Assembly (NCBI GenBank): GCA_964630785.1
Contig: CAZVZG010000001.1
Coordinates: 207,427 to 271,426, forward strand
Source: an uncultured Phycisphaeraceae bacterium
GTDB taxonomy: Bacteria; Planctomycetota; Phycisphaerae; Phycisphaerales; UBA1924
Reading direction: 5' to 3'
DNA length: 64,000 nucleotides
Shown: in pieces, positions 29,361 through 39,097 of the stretch
Position numbering within the stretch: the stretch's first letter is position 1
Layout: every line of letters starts with the position of its first letter
Notes under the pieces: generated by a model
What the model was told of the DNA's origin: nothing
Databases searched by the model: none
The model's input: only the letters and a program-made list of their open reading frames with translations
Translations under genes and position numbers: made by a program

Positions 29361-30306
29361 CGATGCCGCGCCCATCGCGATGGTTTTCCACGCCGGCGCG
29401 CTCGGCGATTTCGTGCTCACGTGGCCGCTCCTCCGTGCGCTCCGGGCGCCGGGGCCGGCGCCGATCGTCGTCGCGGCCGACGGGCAGGCGGCCCTTGCCC
29501 GCCGATGTCTCGGCATCCGCGCCATCTCGGCCGAACGCCGCGAGGTCACCGCGCTGTGGCGCGAGCAAACCGACGCCGCGGAACTGGCCGGCGCGTGGGA
29601 TCGCCTGCTGCTCGTACAGCCGCCCGCGGGCAGCATCACAACGCGAAGCGTGGCCCTGGTGGTCACGTTCACCGCCGACGATCGCACCGCCGCCGGGCGC
29701 TGCTGGCTCGCCGCGGCGCGGCACGCGTTTCCGAACGCCGAGGTGCTCGCGCTCGGCCCGCCGGGAACGCCCGCGCGTGCCGGCGCGTGGAGCCGCTTCG
29801 ATGCCGCCCGTGCCGGCGCGGCCGTGGCTCGTGTCAACGCCGGTGGCCCTGTCGTCCTGCACGTCGGCGCCGGCTCCGAGGAGAAGCGCTGGCCGCTGGA
29901 GCGTTGGGTTGCGGTCGCCCACGCGCTGCGAGGTGACGGACGCGACGTTGGCCTCCTCGCCGGAGAGGTCGAACGCGAGCGGATGAGCGCGGGCGAGCGG
30001 GCTTCATTCGAGCAAGCCGGCGGGCGCACGCTCGACACCCTCACCGAACTCGCCGACGTGCTCGAACCCTGCGGAGCGTTCATCGGCGCCGACACCGGCC
30101 CGACCCACCTCGCGGCCCAGCTCGGCCTGCCCACGCTCACCCTCTTCGGCCCGACCGATCCGCGCCTGTGGGCCCCCATTGGCCCGCGCGTGCGAGTGCT
30201 CGCACCCGCGTCGGCGTGCCCCATGACCTGGATCAATGCCGAGATGGTGCGACTGAGTCTCAACAACCTGCTCACCCCACCCGATGGCGCCCAAGAACAT
30301 AAATAA
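29347..30306 (+). CDS. Glycosyltransferase family 9 (ADP-heptose:LPS heptosyltransferase-like)
   Basis: 'GADTGPTHLAAQLGLPTLTLFGPTDPRLW' GT9 C-terminal motif. Confidence 0.75.
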   Translation: MHVGSDAAPIAMVFHAGALGDFVLTWPLLRALRAPGPAPIVVAADGQAALARRCLGIRAISAERREVTALWREQTDAAELAGAWDRLLLVQPPAGSITTRSVALVVTFTADDRTAAGRCWLAAARHAFPNAEVLALGPPGTPARAGAWSRFDAARAGAAVARVNAGGPVVLHVGAGSEEKRWPLERWVAVAHALRGDGRDVGLLAGEVERERMSAGERASFEQAGGRTLDTLTELADVLEPCGAFIGADTGPTHLAAQLGLPTLTLFGPTDPRLWAPIGPRVRVLAPASACPMTWINAEMVRLSLNNLLTPPDGAQEHK

Positions 30307-30327
30307 CAAAAATCTGCAATCTTCCAC

Positions 30328-30355
30328 TTGACTGGCTCGTTCGGCGCTGTAATGT
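30328..30355 (+). promoter_or_regulatory. Near-consensus sigma70 promoter in an AT-rich island: TTGACT-16 nt-TAATGT
   Basis: TTGACT at 30328..30333; TAATGT at 30350..30355; preceded by an A/T-rich UP-like stretch in a ~70% GC genome. Confidence 0.5.
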
Positions 30356-30616
30356 CTCCACCACGCGCGGGCCCGTGCCCGCGCAACCCGTCCGACCTGT
30401 GTCTGTTTATCGAGGTTCTCCCTTTGCCGTACGCTCACTCGACATCCTCGCAGCAGCCCGCCGCTCTCGCGGCCGCTGGGTGCGCGATGCCGTGCGATCT
30501 GGACGGCACCGCGGCCCTCTCGGCCCTGAAAACCGGCCAAGAGTCCGGCGAGTTCGGCCGTACCGACAACCGAACCATACCTCTGAGGTAAGCGTTCGTT
30601 CCATCACGGAACCATC

Positions 30617-30658
30617 GCAGCCCCGGAGGTCCGAACCTCCGGGGCTGCTCTCGTTTCC
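30617..30658 (+). terminator. Intrinsic terminator-like hairpin (14-bp GC stem, CCGA loop) followed by TCTCGTTTCC
   Basis: 'gcagccccggaggt-ccga-acctccggggctgc'. Confidence 0.5.
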
Positions 30659-30816
30659 ACTCGATTCTTTCCATGCACCGCAAGGAGTGCCGCGATGTCT
30701 CCATGTTCTTAGTGTTTCTTGCTTCCTGTTCACCGCTTGGCTGCCGGCGCGGCTGGAGCCCATACCGGGTCCTCTTCGCCCGTTCCGACGACAGCATCGA
30801 GCGGTGGTGAATGGGT

Positions 30817-30889
30817 CGGCGAATAGCTCAACTGGTAGAGCACCGAACTGATAATTCGGCTGTCGCGGGTTCGACTCCCGCTTCGTCAC
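30817..30889 (+). tRNA. tRNA-Ile (anticodon GAU); 1:72 C-A mismatch, CCA not encoded
   Basis: D-arm 'GCTCAACTGGTAGAGC'; anticodon loop 'CTGATAA'; T-arm 'GCGGGTTCGACTCCCGC'; manual fold. Confidence 0.55.
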
Positions 30890-31412
30890 CACTGGCAGAG
30901 CCGAAAGGCTCGGGGTTCGACTCCCCTCTGGCCCGGATATAGGGCGTGAAGTGGGTCGATGGCCCTGTCCGGCCGCGCGGCCGGTCGCGTGAGGCAAACC
31001 GAGCGCCACGGCGGGCAACCGCCCGGGCGCAAGGCGAGCCGATCGCGGCGACGCGGCCGCGGCCTGAGCCCGCGCACCACGCGGGCGCCGATGGCGCATC
31101 CCGCGCCGCCGATGGTCGGGCAAGCACCGGTGTGGAGCCGGCCTCGTCCGCCCCGACGCGGCGACGGGCACGCCGGGCGCGCCCGCGAAAGGCGCGGGCC
31201 CGCCGCGGGCGCGGGCTCAAGCGCGGTCGGGCTGGTTGTCGGCCCGCATTGATGGTTTCCGCCGCCTCGGTCGAGGCGGCTTGTCGATCGCCCGCTTCAA
31301 CGCGAAGCGGGCTCCGGAAAGGTCGCGTCGGATCGGGCCGCGTAACGCCCGCTCGGCGCGCCCTTCCCCCGGCCCCCTCCCTCCGGGAGGGGGAGTGAAA
31401 GGCAGGTGTTTC

Positions 31413-32588
31413 ATGGCTCTGAGTGTCCGAATCCGTAAGTTCGAGCGCGGCCTGCGGTTCCGCCACGGCGACTTCGCCGGTCTGGTCATGCCCGGCCGGC
31501 GCTGGCTGTGGAGCCGGCTGTTCACGCAGCGGCGCGACAGCATCGCCGTCGTCAACACGCTCGTGCCGCAACTGGAAGTGCCCATGCTCGACGTGATCGT
31601 GCGCCACCCCTCGATGGCCGAGGCCGTCGAGGTCGTGGACCTCACCGAGTCGCAGCGCGCCCTGGTCTGGGTCGACGGCCGTTTGTTCGGCCTGTTCGGC
31701 CCCGGCAAGTACGCGTTCTGGAAGCAGCCGCGTCGGCTCGAGGTCGAGGTGTTCGACGTGAGCACGCTGCGCTTCGAGCACCCGTTCATCGAGGCGGTCA
31801 TGGCTCACCCGGACGCGCCCAAGCACCTCCAGGAGATCGAGGTGGCGGCCGACCACGACGTGCTGCTGTTCCGCAACGGCGTGCTTGTGGGCAAGATGAC
31901 GCCCGGCAAGCACGTGTTCTGGAAGGGCGCGGGCCGCCTGCTCGTCAAGGCGATCGACCGGCGCGAGCAGACCGCCGACGTCGCCGGCCAGGAGATCATG
32001 ACGGCGGACAAGGTCACGCTCCGCGTGAATCTCGTCGTCACCTGGCAGGTGATCGACGCGGTCAAGTCGGCGACCGTCGTGGCCGACGCGGCCCAGTCGC
32101 TCTACCGCGAGGCGCAGCTCGCGCTGCGCGCCGCGGTCGGCACCCGCACGCTCGACCAGCTCCTGGCCGACAAGGAGTCGATCGGCGGCGAGGTGCGCAG
32201 CTCGCTGATGGCTCGCGCCGACGAGTTCGGCGTCAGCGTCCGCAGCGTCGGCCTGCGCGACATCATCCTCCCGGGCGAGATGAAGACCATCCTCAACCGG
32301 GTCATCGAGGCGGAGAAGCAGGCTCAGGCCGACCTGATCCGCCGTCGAGAGGAGACCGCCGCGGCCCGCAGCCAGGCCAACACCGCCCGGCTGCTGGCCG
32401 AGAACCCCACGCTGGCCCGCATGAAGGAGCTGGAGCTCCTTCAGAGCGTGCTCGCGGGCACGAAGGCGACCTTTGTGTTCGCGAGCGGTCAGGGCAAGGA
32501 ATCGGGCGACCTGCTCCAGCAGTTGCGCTCGCTGATCGCCCGCGAGGATGGGCCCGACTCCCCGTCAAGGGGAGAGTCAGGGGGCTGA
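31413..32588 (+). CDS. SPFH/Band-7 (stomatin/HflC-like) domain protein
   Basis: 'gggaggggga' RBS; SPFH core 'VTLRVNLVVTWQVID...DIILPGEMKTILNRVIEAEKQAQADLIRRREE'. Confidence 0.75.
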   Translation: MALSVRIRKFERGLRFRHGDFAGLVMPGRRWLWSRLFTQRRDSIAVVNTLVPQLEVPMLDVIVRHPSMAEAVEVVDLTESQRALVWVDGRLFGLFGPGKYAFWKQPRRLEVEVFDVSTLRFEHPFIEAVMAHPDAPKHLQEIEVAADHDVLLFRNGVLVGKMTPGKHVFWKGAGRLLVKAIDRREQTADVAGQEIMTADKVTLRVNLVVTWQVIDAVKSATVVADAAQSLYREAQLALRAAVGTRTLDQLLADKESIGGEVRSSLMARADEFGVSVRSVGLRDIILPGEMKTILNRVIEAEKQAQADLIRRREETAAARSQANTARLLAENPTLARMKELELLQSVLAGTKATFVFASGQGKESGDLLQQLRSLIAREDGPDSPSRGESGG

Positions 32589-32730
32589 TCGTTCCCGCAC
32601 GGGATGAGTCCTCGCTCGCGTCAGGGGCGTCCGCGTCCGGCCGACCACGGCCGGCGCGGGCGCCCCTTTGGCTGCGCGCGGGGCCTCTTCGCAGGCCAAT
32701 CAACACCGCCTCTCCCCGTTACGATCCCAC

Positions 32731-34422
32731 ATGCCCGAGATCGCCTCCGTTGAGCTCAAAGTCGGCCTCGAGGTCCATGTGGAGCTCGCGACGCGCACCA
32801 AGATGTTCAGCCGTGCGCCCAACCCCGCTGCGCCCGAGCAGGACCGCTCCGCCGGCGCGCCCGCGCCCAACACGCTCATCGATCCGGTCGTCCTCGGCCT
32901 GCCCGGCGCGCTGCCGGTGATGAACAAGGCCGCGGTCGAACTGAGCATGATGGTCGGCATGGCCCTGGGCTGCTCGGTCGCGCCGCTGAGCAAATGGGAC
33001 CGCAAGAGCTACTTCTACCCCGACCTGCCCAAGAACTACCAGATCAGCCAGTTCCAGCTCCCGCTCTGCTTCGACGGCAGCGTCGAGCTGCCCGTGATCG
33101 GAGACGACGGTCAGATCGACTGGGACCGGACGATCGCCGAGGAGACCGTCGGCAAGCGCATCGGCATCGTTCGCGCCCACCTCGAAGAGGACGCCGGCAA
33201 GCTCATCCACGAGGGCGCGGGTGCGGAGGAACGCTCGCTCGTCGATTGGAACCGCGCCGGCACGCCCCTGCTCGAGATCGTCACCCTGCCCGACTTCACC
33301 TCGGCCGATCAGACCGTCGTCTTCGCCCGGATGCTCCGCAACATCTGCCGATTCCTCGGCGCCAGCGAGGGCGTCATGCAACGCGGCCACATGCGCTTCG
33401 AGCCCAACATCAACTGCATCCTCACGCTCGACGACGGGCGCACGCTCGCCACGCCCATCGTTGAGGTCAAGAACCTCAACAGCTTCAAGTCCCTCCGCGG
33501 CGCGATCGAGCACGAGCTCCGCGAGCAGCCCGGGCGATGGAAGCGCGACGGCCTCGTCCACGGCCCCGGCGCCAAGTCCACCCGCGGCTGGGACGACGCA
33601 CGACAGGCCACCTTCCCTCAGCGCGGCAAGGAAGACGCCCACGACTACCGCTATTTCCCCGACCCCGACCTCGTGCCCGTCGCCGTCGATGAGCCCTGGC
33701 GCGAGCGCGTCCGCGCACGCGTCACCGAGCTCCCCCTCGCACGCACGCGCCGCTACATCCGCGACTACGGCCTCTCGCCCAAGGAGGCCGCGGCCATCAC
33801 CGACGAGCGCGACGTGTGTCGTCTGTATGAGGAGACCGTCCGCCTCGCCACCGACGCCGGGCTCGAAACCACCAACGCCGCACGCAAGGCCGCCAACGCC
33901 ATCCTCCAGAGCGGGGCCAAGCGCGCCAACGAACGCGGCGCGGCCGCCGCCCGCGCCGCGCGTGAATCCGGGCGCACGCCGTCGCCCCCCGAGCCCGTGC
34001 TCGTGAGCGATCTGGGCATCACCGCGAGCCAGATCGCCGGCATCATCAAGCTGCGCGAGGACGGCGCGATCGGCTCCAACGCCGCCGACGAGCTCTTCGG
34101 CATCCTCTGCTCACCCTTCGAGGTCCACACCGGCCCGGCCGCCGTCGAGGTGGACGACGGCGTGCGGCACGAGCCCGCCGGCGCCGACCCCGCCGAGGTC
34201 GCCGCCCGCCGCGGCATGATCACCGTGCGCGACGCGGGCGCCATCGCCAAGTGGTGTGAACAGGCCATCGCCGAAAACGTCAAGTCCGCCGACGACGTCC
34301 GGGCCGGCAAGCTCCAGGCCCTCGGCCGCCTTGTGGGCGCGGCCATGAAGAACTCCGCCGGCCAGGGCGACGCTCAGACCATCCGCAAGACGCTGCTGGA
34401 GATGCTCGGCGCGAGCGAGTGA
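32731..34422 (+). CDS. gatB: Asp-tRNA(Asn)/Glu-tRNA(Gln) amidotransferase subunit B
   Basis: 'VGLEVHVELATRTKMFS' N-terminus; GatB/YqeY C-terminal domain; Ala-rich insertion. Confidence 0.9.
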   Translation: MPEIASVELKVGLEVHVELATRTKMFSRAPNPAAPEQDRSAGAPAPNTLIDPVVLGLPGALPVMNKAAVELSMMVGMALGCSVAPLSKWDRKSYFYPDLPKNYQISQFQLPLCFDGSVELPVIGDDGQIDWDRTIAEETVGKRIGIVRAHLEEDAGKLIHEGAGAEERSLVDWNRAGTPLLEIVTLPDFTSADQTVVFARMLRNICRFLGASEGVMQRGHMRFEPNINCILTLDDGRTLATPIVEVKNLNSFKSLRGAIEHELREQPGRWKRDGLVHGPGAKSTRGWDDARQATFPQRGKEDAHDYRYFPDPDLVPVAVDEPWRERVRARVTELPLARTRRYIRDYGLSPKEAAAITDERDVCRLYEETVRLATDAGLETTNAARKAANAILQSGAKRANERGAAAARAARESGRTPSPPEPVLVSDLGITASQIAGIIKLREDGAIGSNAADELFGILCSPFEVHTGPAAVEVDDGVRHEPAGADPAEVAARRGMITVRDAGAIAKWCEQAIAENVKSADDVRAGKLQALGRLVGAAMKNSAGQGDAQTIRKTLLEMLGASE

Positions 34423-34567
34423 CTCGCGTCCGTGCCCTCCACCCCGTGTGTGACCGCGCCAGGTCGGAAACACCAGAACAAACCCAAACAAATAAACCAA
34501 CAAATGGTCGAAATTCAAGCAACAAATGGTTGATTTTCAACCAGCCACTGATCGAAAATGCACCACT

Positions 34568-35881
34568 ATGCACCGCCGCGTCGCTCAATCCGAGCTCCGT
34601 GCCGCGCTGGCCGACACGCCGGTGGTACTCATCCACGGCGCCCGTCAGACCGGCAAGTCCACCCTCGCCAAGGCCTTCGCCGACGAACCGCCCGGGCGGG
34701 CCTACCTCACGCTCGACGACGCCGTCGTCCTGGCCGCCGCCAAGCACGACCCCGACGGGTTCATCGCCGGCCTTCGCGGCCCGGTGGTCATCGACGAGGT
34801 GCAGCGCGTCCCGTCGCTCCTGCGGGCGATCAAGGCGTCCGTCGATCGCGATCGCACGCCCGGACGGTTCCTGCTCACCGGTTCGGCGAACGTGCTGCTC
34901 CTGCCGCGGCTGGCCGAGTCGCTCGCCGGGCGGATCGAGATCATCACGCTCTGGCCGCTCTCGCAGGGTGAGATCGCCGACGCGCCCGCGGGCTTCGTGG
35001 ACGCGATTTTCAACGGTGCTCCCGCGCCCGCCCCGCCCGCCCCGACCACCGCCGCGCACGGGCGCGAGCCATCGATGCTGGACGACCTGCTTGATCGCGT
35101 TCTCCGCGGCGGATTCCCGGAGCCCGTCGCCCGCCCCTCGGCCGATCGACGCGCCGCCTGGTTCCGGTCCTACCTCACCACGATCCTCGAACGTGACGTG
35201 CGCGACATGGCGAACATCGCCGACCTCGCCGACCTGCCCCGCCTGCTCGCGCTCGTCGCCTCGCGCGCCGGCGGCCTGCTCAACTACAGCGACCTCTCCC
35301 GCGGCCTCTCGATGCCGGTTTCCACGCTCAAGCGCTACTTCGCGCTGCTCGAAGCCACGTTCCTCGTTCAGACCATGCCCGCGTGGACGACCAACCTCGG
35401 ACTGCGCCTCACCAAATCCCCCAAAGTGCACCTCATCGACACCGGTCTGGCGTGCGAGCTACTCGGGGCCGATCGCGACCGCTTCGCCGCGGACGACCGC
35501 CTGCGTGGCGCAATGATCGAGAACTTCGTCTTCATGGAGATTGTGAAGCAGGCAGCGTGCGCGGCCGCTCGCCCTCGCATCCTGCACTTCCGCACCGTTT
35601 CGGGGCGGGAGGTGGACATCGTCCTCGAAACGGCCGCGGGCAAGGTCGTCGGCGTCGAGGTCAAGGCCACCGCCTCGCCATCGGGCGCGGACCTCGCCGG
35701 CCTTAGCGCGCTGGCCGAAGCGGCCGGCGACCGATTCGTCCGCGGCCTAGTGCTCTACCCCGGCTCACAGACGATCCCGTTCGGCGACCGCTTCTCCGCT
35801 GTCCCCATCTCAAGCCTCTGGACCCCGTCGTCCCCTCCCGCCCCGCCCCCACACTTGCCCCGTCCCCGGCGGGGCAAGTGA
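34568..35881 (+). CDS. AAA+ ATPase with DUF4143-like C-terminal domain
   Basis: Walker A 'GARQTGKST'; 'VVIDEVQRVP' Walker B; C-terminal 'GREVDIVLE' motif. Confidence 0.75.
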   Translation: MHRRVAQSELRAALADTPVVLIHGARQTGKSTLAKAFADEPPGRAYLTLDDAVVLAAAKHDPDGFIAGLRGPVVIDEVQRVPSLLRAIKASVDRDRTPGRFLLTGSANVLLLPRLAESLAGRIEIITLWPLSQGEIADAPAGFVDAIFNGAPAPAPPAPTTAAHGREPSMLDDLLDRVLRGGFPEPVARPSADRRAAWFRSYLTTILERDVRDMANIADLADLPRLLALVASRAGGLLNYSDLSRGLSMPVSTLKRYFALLEATFLVQTMPAWTTNLGLRLTKSPKVHLIDTGLACELLGADRDRFAADDRLRGAMIENFVFMEIVKQAACAAARPRILHFRTVSGREVDIVLETAAGKVVGVEVKATASPSGADLAGLSALAEAAGDRFVRGLVLYPGSQTIPFGDRFSAVPISSLWTPSSPPAPPPHLPRPRRGK

Positions 35882-35908
35882 CCTGAAGCTTGGCTTCCAA
35901 CTCCTCTG

Positions 35909-37987
35909 CTACTTCTTCTCTTTGAGCGCTTCAGCGATCCCCGGCACCTGGTCCGCGCCCCGCTCGATCTCGATGCTCGAACCCTTGAAGTCGCTGCCCA
36001 CGGGCTCGACGCGCCCGCCCAGGTGCGCCGCCAGGAACGCCTCGGCCACGGCGTAGAACGACTGCCGGTTCTCCGGGCGTGCAAAGCCGTGGCCCTCGTC
36101 CGGGTACACGACGTACGTCACCGGGATCTTCTTGTCGGTCATCGCCTTGACGATCTGGTCGCTCTCGGCCTTGTTCACACGCGGGTCGTGCGCGCCCTGC
36201 GCGATCAGCAGCGGGCGCACGATCTTGTCCGCGTGCGTCGCCGGCGAGCGCTCTAGCAGGAACTTGCGGCCCTCATCCGTCCTCGGGTCGCCCACCATCT
36301 TGTACATGTACTCCAGGAACGGCTTCCAGTACGGCGGGATCGTCTTCATGAACGTCGTCAGGTTCGACACGCCCACGATGTCCACGCCGCAAGCGAACTT
36401 CTCCGGCGTGAAAGTCATCCCCGCCAGCGCGGCGTACCCGCCGTAGCTGCCGCCGTAGATCGCCACCTTCGCCGGGTCGGCCACCTTTTCCTTGATCGCC
36501 CAATCCACGGCGTCGATCAGGTCGTCCTGCATCGTTCCGCCCCACTGGCGCTCGCTGGCGTTGAGGAACCGCTTGCCGAACCCGGTCGAGCCGCGGTAGT
36601 TCACGCTCAGCACGGCGTAGCCGCGGTTGGCCAGCCACTGGTGCTCGGGGTTATACCCCCACGAATCCCGCGCCCACGGCCCGCCGTGAACATCCAGGAC
36701 CATCGGCAACGGGCGATCGGGCACGCGGTCGTTGTCCGCGTCGCTCCCCGGCGGCAGCGAGAGGTAACACACCATCGTCAGCCCGTCCCGCGTCTTGACA
36801 AGTTCCGGCGTCATCGAGGCCAGCGTGTAGCCCTTGAGCCCGGGGCGCATGGCGTACAGCAGCGTCACCTTCGGCTCGCCGGTGGCCCCGCCGCCCGCGT
36901 GCGCGCCGCGGTCGTAGAGGTAGGTCTTGGAGGACGCGTCGTCCGGGGCCACGCCCACGATCCAGACCCGATCGTCGTGGCTGCGGCTGGCCACGATCAG
37001 GTTTCCGGGGCCCGTGTTCTTGCGGAGGAACTGCCAGTCCAGCTCCAGGTCGCGGTCGATGATCCCCCACGTGGGCTTCTCGTACTCATACTCGACCGCC
37101 TGGATCGTCTTCTTCGTCGGGTGGATCAGCACCGAGCCCGCATCGCACTTGTCGAACTGGAAGACGGTCTTCTTCTCGCCGGTCTTGAGGTCCACGGCAA
37201 AGATCGCCGACGTGTCACGCCCCCGCGTGTCGCGCACGTAGCGCACGTTCCCCGTCGCGTCGTACCCGACCTCGCCCCACCCGTCGAAGTCCTCGCGGGG
37301 GATCCGTTGGTACTCCTCGAACTCGACCTTGCCGTCCTTGTCCAACGCCTTGTACTCGACCACGTCCCCGCTCTCGACCATCTTCTGGCCGAACCGGACG
37401 CGGAAGTCGTCGTCCACGCTGTAGCTCATGAACCCGTCGTTCTGCAGCATCAGCGTCCGCTCACCCGTGCGGATGTTCACGCGGTACAGGTCGTGCAGCG
37501 ACGGGTCCCGGTCGTTGATCCCCAGCACCACCTCCTCGGGGAACTTGTCGCTCACCTGCTCCACCTGCACCGCCACCTTGTCGAACGGCGTGAGCGGGAT
37601 GGTCTTGCCCGTGGCCAGGTCGACGCTGAACGCCCGCCAGTTCTCGTCGCCGTTGCTGTCCTGCAGATAGATCACGTGCTGGCTGGTGTACGCCCAGAAG
37701 TACTGCCGGATGCCGCGCTTGGTGTCGTGCGTCACGGGCTTGGCGTCCTGCATCCGCCCGCTCGGGCCCACCCACACGTTGAGCACGCCGTCCACCGGGG
37801 CCAGGAACGACAGGCGCGCACCGTCCGGCGAGACCTGAGCCCCCGCCTTCTCCGGGTTGCCGAAGATCACCGACCGCGGGATCAGTCCGGCTCCCCCCTC
37901 CCCCCCGGCCTGCGCCAGCGCCGAAGCCGACACCGACACGCCCAGCGCCGCGATCAGCAGCGACACGATTCGCACTTGAACCTTCAT
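35909..37987 (-). CDS. S9 family serine peptidase (prolyl oligopeptidase / acylaminoacyl-peptidase type) with N-terminal beta-propeller
   Basis: Signal peptide; nucleophile elbow 'GGSYGGY'; 'DPRV' and 'DEGHGF' catalytic Asp/His region. Confidence 0.85.
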   Translation of the reverse strand: MKVQVRIVSLLIAALGVSVSASALAQAGGEGGAGLIPRSVIFGNPEKAGAQVSPDGARLSFLAPVDGVLNVWVGPSGRMQDAKPVTHDTKRGIRQYFWAYTSQHVIYLQDSNGDENWRAFSVDLATGKTIPLTPFDKVAVQVEQVSDKFPEEVVLGINDRDPSLHDLYRVNIRTGERTLMLQNDGFMSYSVDDDFRVRFGQKMVESGDVVEYKALDKDGKVEFEEYQRIPREDFDGWGEVGYDATGNVRYVRDTRGRDTSAIFAVDLKTGEKKTVFQFDKCDAGSVLIHPTKKTIQAVEYEYEKPTWGIIDRDLELDWQFLRKNTGPGNLIVASRSHDDRVWIVGVAPDDASSKTYLYDRGAHAGGGATGEPKVTLLYAMRPGLKGYTLASMTPELVKTRDGLTMVCYLSLPPGSDADNDRVPDRPLPMVLDVHGGPWARDSWGYNPEHQWLANRGYAVLSVNYRGSTGFGKRFLNASERQWGGTMQDDLIDAVDWAIKEKVADPAKVAIYGGSYGGYAALAGMTFTPEKFACGVDIVGVSNLTTFMKTIPPYWKPFLEYMYKMVGDPRTDEGRKFLLERSPATHADKIVRPLLIAQGAHDPRVNKAESDQIVKAMTDKKIPVTYVVYPDEGHGFARPENRQSFYAVAEAFLAAHLGGRVEPVGSDFKGSSIEIERGADQVPGIAEALKEKK

Positions 37988-38256
37988 GACTCGTTGTTTC
38001 CTGTTGATTCTGGGCCCACCCCGAGATTTTGAGCTTGGGTTCACCGCGGAGGCGCGGAGGGCGCGGAGGAACTCCATGAACGTTCACGACTCCTCCGCGT
38101 GCTCCGCGCCTCCGCGGTGAACCAGCCCTTGAACAGGCCCCAAGCGTACACATTCGCACCGCGTAGAGCGGCGCACCTCAAAAACGCCCAAGCGTTCCGG
38201 TTACAAACCGCCATCCCTCGCCGCGGCTGCGGCCGTGTGCCGAGCTCCCATCCCCC

Positions 38257-39069
38257 TCAACCGTTATCGGTCTGCGTTACCTGCGCCCGGCGCGCTCCGG
38301 CCATGTTCACCCCCGTCACCCGCCGGATCGCGTGATTCGCCACGATCCCGATCACGCCCAGCACCACCAGCATCAGCACCACCCCGGCCGCGAACATCCA
38401 CTTCGGCGTCGCGCTGGCGATGTCCTGTGCGCTGGTGAGCTCGTGCACCCGCGTGCCCACCCACACCGCCGCGACCGTGCGCGGCGCCATCCCGATCAGC
38501 GTCCCCAGCACATACGGCCCCCGCGGCACGCGCACCGACGCCATCACCAGGTTGGTGAGCGCAAACGGCGAGTTCGGCGGCAGCCTCAGCAGCGCGACCG
38601 TCCCCAGCGTCTTGAAGAACCCGCCCCCCGCACGTCCCGAGATGAACGCCTCGCGCACCGCCTTCCACTGCGGCTTGCCCTCGATCGCCTTGACCACCCG
38701 ATCGCCCGAGGCCCGTCGCGCGATCTCGTACCCGATCACCGCCCCGCCCGCAAACCCCGCGAGCGCGGCCGGCGCCCCGATCATCATCCCGAACGCAAAC
38801 CCCCCGAGCGCCGACTGCGCATACGTCGGCAACAACGCCATCCCGCTCAACGCCGCGAACCCCGCGACGTACACCGCCACCCCCGCGCCGCCGTGCGTGC
38901 GCAGAAAGTCCGCGGCCGTCTTCATATACCCGATGAGCAGCAACCCGCCCACCGCCGGCAGCACCGCCGCCGCCACCGCCAGCGGCCCCGCGGGCCCGAG
39001 CGTGCGCCAGATCGACGCCGCGGAAGGCTTTGCCGATCCATCATGCTCCTCCGCCTGCGGCTTGCTCAC
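38257..39069 (-). CDS. TVP38/TMEM64 (DedA-like) family membrane protein
   Basis: Polytopic membrane protein; 'RLPPNSPFALTNLVMASVRVP' re-entrant motif. Confidence 0.7.
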   Translation of the reverse strand: MSKPQAEEHDGSAKPSAASIWRTLGPAGPLAVAAAVLPAVGGLLLIGYMKTAADFLRTHGGAGVAVYVAGFAALSGMALLPTYAQSALGGFAFGMMIGAPAALAGFAGGAVIGYEIARRASGDRVVKAIEGKPQWKAVREAFISGRAGGGFFKTLGTVALLRLPPNSPFALTNLVMASVRVPRGPYVLGTLIGMAPRTVAAVWVGTRVHELTSAQDIASATPKWMFAAGVVLMLVVLGVIGIVANHAIRRVTGVNMAGARRAQVTQTDNG

Positions 39070-39097
39070 GACCGGACCTTAGGCGCACAGGTGCCCG

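Noticed and set aside
30328-30591. 87-aa ORF in the AT-rich island
   Set aside because: Its start coincides with or precedes the predicted -35 element, and its composition is not protein-like.
30360-30650. tmRNA / RNase P RNA
   Set aside because: No tag-peptide reading frame ending in ALAA-stop, no tRNA-like 5' end, and none of the conserved RNase P or SRP motifs were recognised. Kept only as a generic sRNA candidate.
30900-30940. Second tRNA after tRNA-Ile
   Set aside because: Only a T-arm-like hairpin. No matching acceptor or anticodon arms could be folded.
36641-38032. 463-aa ORF antisense to the S9 peptidase gene
   Set aside because: Shadow ORF with His/Arg/Val-rich biased composition.
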